From the NCBI GenBank assembly GCA_002633005.1, contig NMRA01000366.1:60222-124221 (forward strand): 64,000 nt of DNA. Reading direction: 5' to 3'. How positions within the stretch are numbered: position 1 is the stretch's first letter; every line of letters begins with the position of its first letter. Shown one piece after another: positions 53,201-62,355 of this stretch. Position numbers and translations under genes: made by a program. Below the pieces are notes generated by a model. It saw only the letters and a list, made by a program, of their open reading frames with translations. It made no database searches and was not told the origin of the DNA. The stretch is from Phoronis australis (lineage: Eukaryota; Animalia; Phoronida).

Positions 53201-56200
53201 CGTCATGTCAGGCAGATTGCATTTTATGTCATTTCACTAAATGGCGAGACTGGGGGATATCTCATAATCCTCTACACTGGGATGCGCATGCATCAGTTTT
53301 CACATCCATAAAAGGGTCATTAATATCTGTCCTGAAATCACTTGTTGAAATTGATCGTATTCCAGTCGTAAGACTTGACAATTTCTGTGGAATAGTACAC
53401 ATAACTAGGACCGTTTTTTTAATGTACATGATATTGCGAAACAAGCCTTTAACTGCAGTGGGATTTCCACATCAAAATACAACTTAGTTTAAAGTACTGT
53501 ACTGGAAGAATGACAATTTATGCATTGAAGTAAGAGCTGAAGTCCTGTGTAAACAATCTAGGAATAAAGTATTATGTTGTATTCTCCTTTAAGTATTAAT
53601 ACTCGACCAGGTTGTTAAATTTTAAACATTTGTGCAAAATGTGGTGTTAGGCGCTGCATCTTGGACCAAGGTCGTGAGACTTGTCACCATTTCGAAAATA
53701 CGTCTATGTCCTTGTACTAGACTGGCCTTCACTCTTTGGGAATTGGGGAGGGGGTTGTAACCTACATGTCAGTTGTGTTTGAGGTGCATTATATGTCCTG
53801 CAGCACTGGAGGCCTACTTGTGTTTTAAATGGGGGGTTAATTGATGACACATCATTCAATCACTAGGCGAAAATATGAATCTGGTCTTCTGGAACATGGA
53901 GTTGATGTCCTAATAGATCAGTAGAGTCCCTATGAATTTTACTGGAATTTTGCTGTGTTGATTACCCTGTAGAAGGATGAAATCATTCCGCAGCCGAGAG
54001 AATAATTTTAAGTTGTTCCAGAAGACATTCAGTGGGCTGATAACTGCAGCGTGATTGGATGCTCTCGTCACAAAGAATTGCAAAAGGCTCACAATTTCAC
54101 CGTGGTTCATTTAGACACTGATTGTGGGTGTCACAATTGAACAATTTAGCATTCACCAGGGTTATTTTTTATTGATAAATGGGAATTTTTGCTCACCGAC
54201 AGGTGAAATTTTTACCCCGTACATTCGTTTCTGTGGACATAAAGTGGGGAAAAATGCTTAATCTGTGGTAGAATCACGGTTATTGTAAAATTTTGTAAAA
54301 ATCTAGGGCCTGTTTCGCGACCTTTTTAACTGGCTGTCACAAAATTAAATCTTTGTTTCATTAATTTTTTTTCTTCTGAGAATGAGTGTAACTAAATAAC
54401 CGCCGCACGAGTAAATCTGACTTTTCAACCAAAAAAGTATTTATTGTAAGTTCAATGTAGTGAAACAGGTGCCAGTATTACTCTTGGGATACACTCTGAC
54501 TCTCCTGTTTTCTATCTGCTGCTTTGCAGTTGAGGCTGTCGCGTCGTATTTAGCTGTGTGCAGTAGTAAGTAAACGGGAGTGAGGTGACGGGTCTAGCTA
54601 GCTTGCACAACAGACAAGTGACTATCAAGAGGACAATTTCTTGCCGTTGTACTGGTGGTAGCTCTTAAACGGACATTGCTGGCAAGAAAACCAATTTTTC
54701 AGAAATTAGTAGTAGCCTGGAAAGAAGGCCACTATCTCTGAAGTAGCACCCAAACACTGTTGTTCCGCCAAATATTGCATGTTAAGTATAAGATTAATAA
54801 GCACATTTAAATGCTAGACTCTAGCCTTAATTTCAGCAAATGCCCATTTGGCTGACAACTGCGAGAATTGGTGATTTGTAATAAAATCACAAAAGTGCAA
54901 CAATATTCTTTAAAAATTCTGCTCAAAGCTCATCCAACAGTGGCCTCAAAACTGTTTCTTGGCAGTAAAACTGATGATATACCCTTAAATACAGAGTAGT
55001 TGGGTTACCGCCAGAAGTTTAAAAAAATGCCTAGTCTGGACACAGTTCTTGGTGTGTCATCTAATATTAACTGGATAATGTACTTTTGTAGTGAAATGAA
55101 ACTTGTAAATGTACATTATGGGACTTTTGGTCTTGCTTGTCTGTTCAAAAGCGCAGGTGAACATAGTAGTGGCTGGGGTTTGCTTTGGAGTATGGGACTT
55201 TATTTCTATCGGGTTACAAGGAGGTACATGGATAGGGTGTGCATGTGTGTGTTTGTTGACGTGTGTCCATGATCACCATGGTGATTGGTTACTGTAGCGA
55301 TATAAAATACGAGCGTTTGGGTGTCATTTAGTATCTATTGGTTACAGTATCAGACCAAAGACTTCCAAATATGTATGATTTTGGCGAAGAAATGTTCGAC
55401 GATTATGAAGGTATCGGCTTGTTGTGTTTTTTTTCTCATCTCACTTTTTGATGTGCCTTTAATACGCACTCTTGTGACAGCAGTCATCTTGTTGACCTTT
55501 CAACTCAAGTGCTGGTATTATTTTCATTTTTCAACATTTCCGTTGTTCTTTGAGCTGTTTGAGACTCTCTGCATTTTGAAAGTGATCTTGGCATTTTATT
55601 TTGTTTTGAATATCATGCCTGTTCCTTATACTTGGCGTGTAGCACAGTAACGACTGCAATAAACACGTGAATTGAACGGCAAAACTTCGACGGTTCAGCA
55701 TGGTATGAACAGTTAACTTCAGTCTCATTGAAGTTATCAGCAGGGTCCACTACTATCCTAAATACAGCGCCACCTACAATTTACTTATGTGTCTGTTAAC
55801 TTCCTAAGCTGGAATGGTTCGAATAACTTGGCTGTTTACATCGTCGCTCCCCTCATACCGTAGTTAATAGTCTGAAAGGGCCTTATGATTCAGGTCACGC
55901 ACCCTTGGTCTTGTGATTCAATTTGTTTGTATCAATACTGTTTGGTAGAAACTTGAATAAGAGAATTTGGGGATAATCACGTCATCTACGTAAGTGATCT
56001 GTTAATTGAAGAGACAAACTTCAAGCTTTCCCATTTTTGTCTGTAAAATGATTAGGGTTAAGCAGAAGGTCCTAGACAGTAAAGTCTTCTTTCAGAGATA
56101 ACGAAGTTATAGTTATCCTGTTTGTGTTTTAATTTATTGTCAGTGTTTGTTGACTATTTATGTTAATGACAACACTGTCTTTGAAATTCAAGATCATTTT

Positions 56201-59200
56201 TGTTTCTTCCTAGTTGGTTTTGACTAGTTTTTTCAGTTATGGCTACAGTGTGACTTTGGCAGGTTTAGAAGAACGGTGTTTTCAATTCTAAGATTTTCAG
56301 CAGTGAAATTGTTTACGGTCAATGTAATCTCGCGAAATTTTAAACATATGAACAATTCATGGTTTGTTTCTTTTTCAACATGCTGGGTGTACATAAACTG
56401 GACAAGACTTGTTTTGTTATTGCACTCGTTTCTCATTCTCACTGCTATTGTTGTTATAATTTTTATGTCACACATGTCTCACTAAATGCACGGCCTGCTG
56501 AATGAACAATTTTGATGTCTGTGAGTGTATATTAAGCCCTGTTTGCATTGTATTGAAATTAAACACGGGACATTTTGTTCCTATTGTGTTTTGGGACATG
56601 TGCACTTGGAACAATGTTGTGGGAAACAATCTACATGACTTCCTGAAGTGGAGAAAACTAAAAAAGCACCAGCAGTGCCAAGTTGTTTCTGGAGAACTCG
56701 CGTTTACACTGGCATTCGTTGGTAGAACAAATTGATCTGGAACAATTCACCTCTTAAAGTGTAGCATACTGTTGTAAAGGTATGCCAGTGGTGTCCAGCT
56801 GTTATGGAACACACTGGGCACAAGTCGATCTGGAACGGTCTTCAATACTTCCTGAAGTAGAGCAGGACAACTTGTGTTCACACAGTCATTTCCACTGGAA
56901 ATAACCCGAATCCATTTCCAGTGTAATATTAAGCGAGTATTACATTCAGCTTGGCCAATCTCAGTCCGCAGTTGCAAAAGAGGCTAAATTTTCTGGTAGA
57001 GCAGAGGATTAACATGTATGCTTATTCAGTAAAACTACGGAGGTCCTCGAAATTCACTAGGTGGCGATAATGAAACGGCAAACCCCAAGTCGGGCTCGAT
57101 ATCCCTTGAAAGTCTGTGTGATGGTGGAGAGCTATTCTGTTCTCAATTTGTGCCAATAATAGCAAGAAAGTCTTTGCCTTGCCAGTGCCATCTAGTGGAC
57201 GTCATGTCTTTGATTACGTCATGTGATCTCCTGTACTTTCTCTTGCTCCTCTCAGTTTTCATTTTCTCTCTTAACAACTCAGCAACGATGTCAAGTCACT
57301 GTTATGAACCAATGGTTTGACTGGTATGGTTACCCAGTGTTCTGATCATTTGGTGCAAGACATTTGGGAATGTCCGTAGCATATTTAAAACTTGTTGTTC
57401 ATGACCATAATGCTTTGCAGTAACTGTTGCTTTATGTGGTGTCTTTTTTGGATATTGTTTTCCATTTTGAAGTCAATCTGTTTTATTTGGATATTAATAA
57501 AATGATATTTGGAATAAAGGTTGATTTAAAGTTCATACCAGTGTTGTCTTTGTTATTTTCAACTTTTTGTCATGAGAGGATAATTAACTTTACACGAGAA
57601 ATTTGTAATATGATTTGATAATTGTTTCCTTTCTAGTGACCAGGGACTTGGAAGAGAGAGCTCTTCAGATGAAGATGAAAATGAATTCCTACAGGGGCGG
57701 TGGCTCGGCAGGAGCCGTGTCTGATAATGAAACTGTGTACAACAGGGGGCGCAACCATGACCGCAGCGTGTCTTACGACAGGGCGTACACTCGCGGCCTG
57801 TCTCGCGAGCGCTACGATCATCGCCGCGATCCGAGAGATTACGACAGAGGCAGGGAATTTGGCAGGAGGAGGTCTCGCAGAGGTAGTTTGTTTGGTAATA
57901 GTCACGTGCAGGGGTCCTCCATATTGAGAAACTGTTTTATTCACTGAATAACAGGCATCAAACTGGTCTCGATATCCGGGACCACTTAAGTGTCTGTTGC
58001 AGTATTGCCTTACGGATACTGCGTAAATTGTATGGCCTCACTTTACTCACAAGTGCCTCCATTAAGTTCTGTCGGCATTCATTCTAGTGTAAGTTTCAAA
58101 TTTTTGTATCAGTGAACCAAGTTTTTGATTTGATCATTGAGAGTTCTGTCTTAGGTTACTGAAGTGTATAGGAAGGTGCTCTTATTTCAAATCAAATCAA
58201 GATATGCTAAGTTTTTGTGGTAAATGCCAGTTTGGTCACAAGTTTACTAATGAAAAAGACAAGAAAAAACTTTTTTTTCTCATGCCTGGTCTATAGGGGT
58301 ATTAAAAAAAAAAAAAAACAGTGCAGGTGGTCTGATGTCATTTGCGGTGCATCAGACGTGCGCAGGCCTCATGGTTGGGCCCATTGCACAAAACACCTGA
58401 GCAAAGGCACGAGACCCCAATTATGGCTCCTCGTGAAGAAAGTTTTCAAGTCTGCCAGTCTCCTTTAGGAAAACGGACAGACGTTTCCATTTGTTGCCAT
58501 GCACTATATGTTGTAGGCATGTAACAATGCCATCCAGTAGGTTGCTCCTTAGCCTATAAAAAGCTGGGCAAGACTCTACCAGGTGTTTAGGAGATTCTAC
58601 GTCAGTACCACACTCGGGACACACAGGGCTCCTCATATGCCCAGTAATGTGTCTGTGTCGGGCTAGGTTGCAGTGGCCCGTCAAAATTTGAATGACGTGT
58701 CTTATACCCAATCTATCTAGACTCAGAAGGCTTTTTGAACCTTTTGGTTCGATCAGGTGTATTATGTTCTGGAGTGTTTGCTTCGCTGTAACATGAATGC
58801 CATTAGATTCAGCCGTGGTTGCGTAGTATTATATGGTGTGAAATCAAGTCTGTAACCTCAGCGTTGTTTCCTCTGGTAATTTTTAGTCTTGTAGGACTTT
58901 ATCAACTAGTCCGTGCATTTAGCCATATATCTGCAAATTAAAACTCGGTAAAAGTTTGTATTTTCCAAAGCAGAAAGCCTGTGGATTTTCGTGTTTGTTT
59001 TTATACCAATCTGCCATGGGTTACGTCACATGACCAGGTATTTGAATGTTTATATCTTTAACCGGCATTGAAATATAGATGTACGGTTGGCAGGAAGTCC
59101 CGGGTTAGAGACTTGGTCGGGGCAGAAATCTTTGGACTTGTATTCATAAGGTCACGTGATGTGTCCAACAGGTGGCGTGCTGATCAGACTTACACATGTT

Positions 59201-60916
59201 TGTGGCAATTTATTTTAGTAAAATTTAGCAAAATGCAAGGTACATTCATAGCAAAAGAATGGCGCCAATATAATGACCAAATTTCATTTGATGTACATAT
59301 TCATTGGATGAAATTTCAGAAATGCTGCTGCATTTTTCTAAGTTATCATTTTTTTTTGCTTTATGCAACTTTTCATTGTCTTCCTTAAAATTGAAGAAGT
59401 CCTATATTTCTTTCTTAGCCCCTCTTGTAATAGCGGGTCTTTAAAAACAACAATTCTTAGCAGGGGGTTTGCGGGCAGTGCATAAAGCATATATCTGAAA
59501 GTTTTGTTTGAACAGGATCAGCCATTTCCAAGACATGATGTTCCGAATTTAGCCAAATTTAGACTTTTTCTAGGGTCTTGCATAACCTGAACGACTACTT
59601 GAGAACCTCATGATTTGTTTTATTGGATCTGCTGTAAACATCCGACGTGTGTGAGTCGCAGCAATTACAAGTGTGGGGCATTTCATGTGATAACACCGTT
59701 TTTCTGAAATAATGTTGTTTGTAGATTATATGGAGGATGACTATATCAGTGACGCGTCGGAGATGAGTGACATGTCAGTCAGTACGATGAGTGTGCGGTC
59801 TACCCAGTCAGAGAAGCCTCGCTCGAGAAAACTGAGGTTAGTGCTTTATCAACAGTTCGGACTTGCGTAGATATTGACTACAGAGTTTGAAAATTTGCTG
59901 AAGCTGATAGCAAAATTCCTTGTGTTATTTTGCCTAAAGGCTTTGAAATAGGAATCGCACTATGATACATTTTAATTTGGTTTTGAATCTGCAGAATCCT
60001 GGTATTTACTCCTTGGTTTTGCTTCAGTTTTGTATATCCAGAAGCCTGTGAAGTGAAAATTCCGATAAATGTATAAGTAAAACAGAGTTCATGAATACAA
60101 TATTATTGACGGATGGTTAAGGAATCCCTGAATACGCAACCAGTTCCAACTGTGTCATTTTACAACTGTCTTAGTTTACATTTTCATCCCCTCAATATTG
60201 TAATTGGTAAAAACCTCTAACATTTTTGCTTGTCTAGCAATCCAGTCCATGAGCATATAGCTTAAAGCAATGGCGGTGCTCGGGATTTACCTGGGGTTTG
60301 AATTGCTCTGTGCTGTGTAGTAGAAATTTAGTGTGTTAAGGAGTACAGGCGTTTAGAAACAGAGCAAAATAGACAATATTTGGTCTAGCTGGTTCACATT
60401 CATATGCTGTGGTTTTAGGTGAATGTGGTGTATCAAATATTTTGTCAGTGTTTTATCTTCTTGACTTGTTTACAATTTTGCAAATGCCACCTTATCACTA
60501 TGCCAGAGCTGACATCTATTTTTTCTAAGCTTTCAAACCTTTGTTCTAAGTGATTCATTAGTAAGAATCGTCGCCGATGATTACTTGTTGACCCGTTTGG
60601 CAGACTTGAACATTTTTCTGATCAGCGTGATCACGGAGTTGTCCGTGTTGTTTTTCCAGTGAGTTCACATCCAAGATGGAGAGTCGAGGCACGAGTGCGG
60701 CCAATCGGAGTCGCAGCGTGGGTCGGCACAGCCAGCTTGACCAACCACATCAGTCGCAGAGCCTGCCTCGGTACGAGGTTAACGATGGAAGCGTATCAGA
60801 CTCGGCTGCATCGGCCAGTGTTACCGAGGGACGACGGAAGAGTGTCGGGGTCAAGATGAAGTCACTCATGGGTCTAAGCAGACGCAGTGGGAGCGCACAG
60901 AATCTGGGCATGACAG
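8043..60916 (+). CDS. RIMS1/2: RIM / regulating synaptic membrane exocytosis protein (RIMS1/2, unc-10 ortholog), partial multi-exon gene; 5' and 3' ends not in window
   Basis: About 20 exons with AG/GT boundaries join in one frame. They give the RIM-specific motifs in the expected order: CQICNKTKFADGVGH..C..C zinc finger, KMETMLRNDSLSSD, HPVTWQ + PDZ (GLKVIGGK), C2A (LLPDRS..RRTKT), RQLPQVP, STQSEKPR, DGSVSDSA. Confidence 0.97.
9566..9705. mobile_element. Palindromic MITE-like hairpin element
   Basis: Arms 9593-9623 and 9648-9678 are inverted repeats matching at 29/31 positions. Weaker outer arms extend to about 9566 and 9705. Confidence 0.75.
11166..11280 (+). repeat. Dispersed ~115-bp partly palindromic repeat, copy 1 (others at 48694-48807 and 57895-58008)
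   Basis: Shared core ttgagaac..gtttt...actgaataacag.catcaaactggttctcaaaat seen by eye in three places. Confidence 0.7.
11975..12400 (+). repeat. Dispersed repeat, probably a DNA-transposon relic; second copy at ~40625-40960
   Basis: ttgcacgaggggctattaaaaataggactttcatga... at ~11985 matches ttgcacaaggggctatcgaaaaataggtcttttatga... at ~40635, with further collinear similarity. Boundaries are approximate. Confidence 0.6.
15935..16260 (+). repeat. Degenerate ~60-70-bp tandem array (about 5 units) built on a GCAGATCC(A/T)GGATTTTGGGA core
   Basis: The core recurs at ~15945, 16010, 16085, 16147 and 16217. This explains the overlapping spurious ORFs. Confidence 0.7.
20072..21513 (+). CDS. RIMS1/2: RIM exon: end of zinc finger (TVWACNLCRKKQQ), TGQWY Rab3-effector motif (SGAWF-like), long low-complexity R/D/P/G linker
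   Basis: Acceptor tttaccgtttcAG, donor GTAAGA at 21514, phase 0->2. It corresponds to the 490-aa ORF 20045..21517 and supplies the fourth CxxC pair. Confidence 0.95.
22089..22747 (+). CDS. RIMS1/2: RIM exon: linker with conserved QHLDPSSA / KMETMLRNDSLSSD / VRPPPPRPHK / SLSSSEDEIRSTPEHTSC blocks
   Basis: Acceptor ttacttccAG, donor GTGAGT at 22748, phase 2->1. Corresponds to ORF 22108..22755. The motifs are characteristic of RIM proteins. Confidence 0.95.
24351..24596. mobile_element. MITE-like element with ~21-bp terminal inverted repeats (PIF/Harbinger-like ends)
   Basis: GGCCGCATTCCGTAAGGCAAG and CTTGCTTTACGGAACGCAGCC are an 18/21 inverted match. Confidence 0.6.
24668..24774 (+). CDS. RIMS1/2: RIM mutually exclusive exon 'a' (AQTYRDLGVPVTGIDAYDGNLRKDELIAAKIKRFLA)
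   Basis: Acceptor gtgatttcAG, donor GTGAGA, 107 nt, phase 1->0. The open frame joins 22747 to the HPVTWQ exon at 26920. Too short to appear in the ORF track. Confidence 0.85.
25228..25448 (+). CDS. RIMS1/2: RIM mutually exclusive exon 'b' (GELESYARQ...KNFVRFGRGQSTDEDWGWSQIKDSGIDTGLSGSNQTLNQEEMLK)
   Basis: Acceptor tatttcctttctAG, donor GTACAG, 221 nt, phase 1->0. The W.WSQIKDSGIDT motif resembles the QIKDSGVDT segment found before the PDZ in vertebrate RIMS2. Confidence 0.85.
26920..27028 (+). CDS. RIMS1/2: RIM exon: PDZ N-terminal part (HPVTWQQSEDGSKTIGHMILKK...DSGAIL)
   Basis: Acceptor gttgcAG, donor GTGAGA, phase 0->1. Contains the hallmark HPVTWQ motif. Confidence 0.95.
27129..27195. 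repeat. 34-bp tandem duplication
   Basis: tttacaatgatttggcctaag(c/t)tgtgctttata occurs twice. Confidence 0.9.
27556..27663 (+). CDS. RIMS1/2: RIM exon: PDZ core (GLKVIGGKMTEHGRLGAFITKVKKGSIADTVGHLKA)
   Basis: Acceptor tttaaatAG, donor GTGAGT, phase 1->1. Near-canonical RIM PDZ sequence. Confidence 0.96.
28562..28691 (+). CDS. RIMS1/2: RIM exon: PDZ C-terminal part (GDEVLEWNGRSLKGATFEEVYDIILESKQEPQVELIVQR)
   Basis: Acceptor aatcattAG, donor GTAAGA, phase 1->2. Confidence 0.96.
28915..30150 (+). mobile_element. Degenerate Helentron-associated (HINE/DINE-like) element with internal decayed tandem repeats
   Basis: Starts with the tttatgcgccccaca...gtggtcgcatat subterminal hairpin, followed by a ctgtc/gtcc microsatellite-like stretch and recurring aaatttggcaga.atgt...atagattcaa motifs. 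Similar motifs occur at ~10040-10700. The class is inferred from architecture only. Confidence 0.4.
30401..30453 (+). CDS. RIMS1/2: RIM small exon, PDZ-C2A linker (SNDVDGKHASHHSRIDPR)
   Basis: Acceptor gccttattttcAG, donor GTAAAA, 53 nt, phase 2->1. An exon of this phase is required between 28691 and the downstream phase-1 exons. Confidence 0.8.
31648..31686 (+). CDS. RIMS1/2: RIM candidate symmetric microexon (DVEKRDPFALAPP)
   Basis: Branch-like actaat followed by ttccactctcactctattcAG, donor GTGAGT, 39 nt, phase 1->1, no stop. Confidence 0.65.
34235..34444 (+). mobile_element. tRNA-derived SINE
   Basis: A-box-like TGGCCTGGTGTGG at 34247, B-box-like GGCTCGAGTCCC at 34291, then a non-tRNA body ending in ggttaaacgtttaccaaacc. 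A similar 3' fragment lies near 3500-3535. Confidence 0.6.
35173..35276 (+). CDS. RIMS1/2: RIM exon preceding C2A (SGQQRESVPPSVTITSPTSPGLVRRHPSLHGQIQ)
   Basis: Acceptor cgtttcAG, donor GTAGTT, phase 1->0. The PSVTITSP.SPG motif matches the RIM pre-C2A segment. Confidence 0.9.
36521..36648 (+). CDS. RIMS1/2: RIM exon: C2A part 1 (LKLWYDSQQSQLVVTILSA...PNPFCQLFLLPDR)
   Basis: Acceptor ttttgtccctccAG, donor GTGAGT, phase 0->2. Confidence 0.95.
36854..37019 (+). CDS. RIMS1/2: RIM exon: C2A part 2 (SDNGMRRTKTLSKTSEPNFNQTFIF...EFLGE)
   Basis: Acceptor cttttccAG, donor GTATGA, phase 2->0. Confidence 0.95.
39092..39246. mobile_element. Short MITE-like element (CAGGG.CGG.TCCAGGATTTT ... AATCCGCCTATG ends)
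   Basis: Imperfect terminal inverted repeats. The left end resembles the core of the 15935-16260 array. Confidence 0.4.
43768..43972 (+). CDS. RIMS1/2: RIM exon: C2A end (IVIEMASARLNSEPYWYTLRSHD...FSDSDVSEYDEFG); alternative end at 43987
   Basis: Acceptor ttatttcAG. Two in-frame phase-1 donors: GTAAGA at 43973 and GTAAGT at 43988. Confidence 0.93.
46437..46583 (+). CDS. RIMS1/2: RIM exon (GPGMLGQGNGTSLSSLGSSVSPPP...PSDRP)
   Basis: Acceptor gcttgcAG, donor GTACGT, 147 nt, phase 1->1. Lies inside ORF 46427..46666. Confidence 0.85.
47394..47435 (+). CDS. RIMS1/2: RIM candidate symmetric microexon (GEDEYYERTPSFIA)
   Basis: Acceptor tttgtcttctcacAG, donor cag|GTAGAT, 42 nt, phase 1->1, no stop. 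Confidence 0.6.
48694..48807 (-). repeat. Dispersed ~115-bp repeat, copy 2 (inverted)
   Basis: Its reverse complement aligns with 11166-11280 and 57895-58008. Confidence 0.7.
49993..50139. repeat. Minisatellite with a TACCAA core (~9/11-nt alternating units)
   Basis: ttaccaa.aatataccaat. is repeated about 7 times. Confidence 0.9.
51743..52001 (+). CDS. RIMS1/2: RIM exon with (RNDP)n repeat and RSRSP motif
   Basis: Acceptor gtcatttcAG, donor GTATGC, phase 1->2. Lies inside ORF 51730..52062. Confidence 0.88.
52901..53034 (+). CDS. RIMS1/2: RIM exon carrying the RIM-BP SH3-binding motif (SPSPKRRQLPQVP); alternative start at 52916
   Basis: Acceptor caccttccAG (alternative cacAG 15 nt downstream), donor GTAGGT, phase 2->1. 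RQLPQ(L/V)P is the established RIM-BP ligand of RIMs. The ORF track does not show this frame. Confidence 0.9.
54530..54565 (+). CDS. RIMS1/2: RIM candidate symmetric microexon (VEAVASYLAVCS)
   Basis: Long pyrimidine tract tctcctgttttctatctgctgctttgcAG, consensus donor GTAAGT, 36 nt, phase 1->1 matching both flanking exons, no stop. Confidence 0.5.
57637..57882 (+). CDS. RIMS1/2: RIM exon (VTRDLEERALQMKMKM...SDNET...R/D/Y-rich)
   Basis: Acceptor gtttcctttctAG, donor GTAGTT (alternative GTAATA at 57895), phase 1->1. Lies inside ORF 57615..57947. Confidence 0.88.
57895..58008 (+). repeat. Dispersed ~115-bp repeat, copy 3, starting 12 nt after a RIM splice donor
   Basis: gtaatagtcacgtgcaggggtcc...actgaataacaggcatcaaactggt...cttaagtg aligns with copies 1 and 2. 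Confidence 0.7.
58304..58795 (-). mobile_element. 5'-truncated non-LTR retrotransposon (LOA/R1/I-group-like C-terminal CCHC region plus 3' UTR)
   Basis: ORF 58421..58711(-) reads IQILTGHCNLARHRHITGHMRSPVCPECGTDVESPKHLVESCPAF, the LTGH...CxxC..E..H...CP motif of RNase H-bearing LINEs. The frame stays open upstream to about 58790. Confidence 0.85.
59725..59836 (+). CDS. RIMS1/2: RIM exon, Ser-rich (DYMEDDYISDASEMSDMSVSTMSVRSTQSEKPRSRKL)
   Basis: Acceptor gttgtttgtAG, donor GTTAGT, phase 1->2. Matches the RIM SD.S...QSE(R/K)PR block. Confidence 0.9.
60660..60916 (+). CDS. RIMS1/2: RIM exon before the C2B region (SEFTSKMESR...NDGSVSDSA...RRKSVGVKMKSLMGLSRRSGSAQNL)
   Basis: Acceptor tgtttttccAG, donor GTAAAG, phase 2->1. 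DGS.SD.A and K..GLS..S.S motifs are typical of RIM. Confidence 0.92.
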
Positions 60917-61128
60917 GTAAAGTTGTTTGTTAGCGACTGTGGCATACTTCGAGTGTCTAGTATAAAGTGGGGATATGTAGTGACATCTGTAGTCAAGAAA
61001 ATCTGTTCAGTGGTTGTAGAACTGATTTCCAGCATGGACATTTAAAAGAAATGACGTAGGTGTATATTAAATAATAACTAATGATTAGAACTTTGAGAGA
61101 ATTTGTAAGTAATGAAACATGAAAGAGG

Positions 61129-61137
61129 AACAACAGC

Positions 61138-61181
<44 letters not shown>

Positions 61182-61182
61182 C
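61129..61182. repeat. (AAC)n microsatellite
   Basis: About 18 AAC units. These produce the spurious poly-Leu ORF 60993..61196(-). Confidence 0.97.
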
Positions 61183-61694
61183 GATTGCAGAAACATCTTG
61201 CTGACATTTATACCAAAACACGCATGTTTTAGTATTGCATTGGTTTAATATTGTTGCAAAAATACAAATTTGAGGATTAAGGTCATTCTATAGGTTACCA
61301 ACTCTTTTCAGAAAGCATCGTCTTTTTGGAGTTTGTGTTAGCTTTACCAAATAATGCTTGGACCAGCTGGTGTGCAGTAACCAGTTGTGTCCATTAAGAA
61401 ATTTTAAAAGTAACCAAGTCACAGCTCATGTCATAGCATCTGTTTATTATAGATTGGCATATTTACACATGTTTGGAAATATGGTATACTGCTCATTTTG
61501 CACAGGATAATGTCTGGTAGACACCATCTAAAATTTCAAATTATAAAGATTACCTTTACGGACAGCCCTTCTCACCACTCTTTGAACCCATTTGTTGAAA
61601 GAGATTTGTTTAGACTCAGCATCTTTCCAACATGACTACATTTTGTGAAAGAAACTCCCCTCCTCCCTTCTCCCCTCTCCCCTCCTCTCCCCTC

Positions 61695-62085
61695 NNNNNN
61701 NNNNNNNNNNNNNNNNNNNNNNNNNNNNNNNNNNNNNNNNNNNNNNNNNNNNNNNNNNNNNNNNNNNNNNNNNNNNNNNNNNNNNNNNNNNNNNNNNNNN
61801 NNNNNNNNNNNNNNNNNNNNNNNNNNNNNNNNNNNNNNNNNNNNNNNNNNNNNNNNNNNNNNNNNNNNNNNNNNNNNNNNNNNNNNNNNNNNNNNNNNNN
61901 NNNNNNNNNNNNNNNNNNNNNNNNNNNNNNNNNNNNNNNNNNNNNNNNNNNNNNNNNNNNNNNNNNNNNNNNNNNNNNNNNNNNNNNNNNNNNNNNNNNN
62001 NNNNNNNNNNNNNNNNNNNNNNNNNNNNNNNNNNNNNNNNNNNNNNNNNNNNNNNNNNNNNNNNNNNNNNNNNNNNNNNNNNNNN
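61695..62085. other. Assembly gap (N run) flanked by CT-rich low-complexity sequence
   Basis: About 390 n bases with (CCTCT)-rich flanks. Confidence 0.99.
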
Positions 62086-62204
62086 CCTCCCATTCCCTCT
62101 CTCCCAGATAATGAGTGAACACTGAATCATTTTAATAACATCGTGTGTAGTGGTGTTAAATTTCAATTAGGGACATCACAACTTTGTTATGACATGCTCA
62201 GAAT

Positions 62205-62355
62205 CATGAATATTTTTAAAATTTTTTTACTATATATGAGGTAATACATATTAAATATATTATACAATGGTTTTCATCGCATGAATATTTTTTAAATTCT
62301 TTTACTATATATGAGGTAATACATATTAAATATATTATACAATGGTTTTCATCGC
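62205..62355. repeat. ~75-bp tandem duplication
   Basis: catgaatattttt...tatacaatggttttcatcg occurs twice, nearly identical. Confidence 0.9.

Noticed and set aside
57283-57325. Exon candidate after a pyrimidine tract
   Set aside because: A stop occurs in the required phase and there is no compatible donor.
59040-59165. E-box/CLEAR-like motifs (GTCACATGAC, GTCACGTGAT) as an internal RIM-gamma-type promoter
   Set aside because: Short motifs expected by chance, with no first exon identifiable.
60993-62166. Poly-Leu and poly-X ORFs
   Set aside because: Artefacts of the (AAC)n microsatellite and the N gap.
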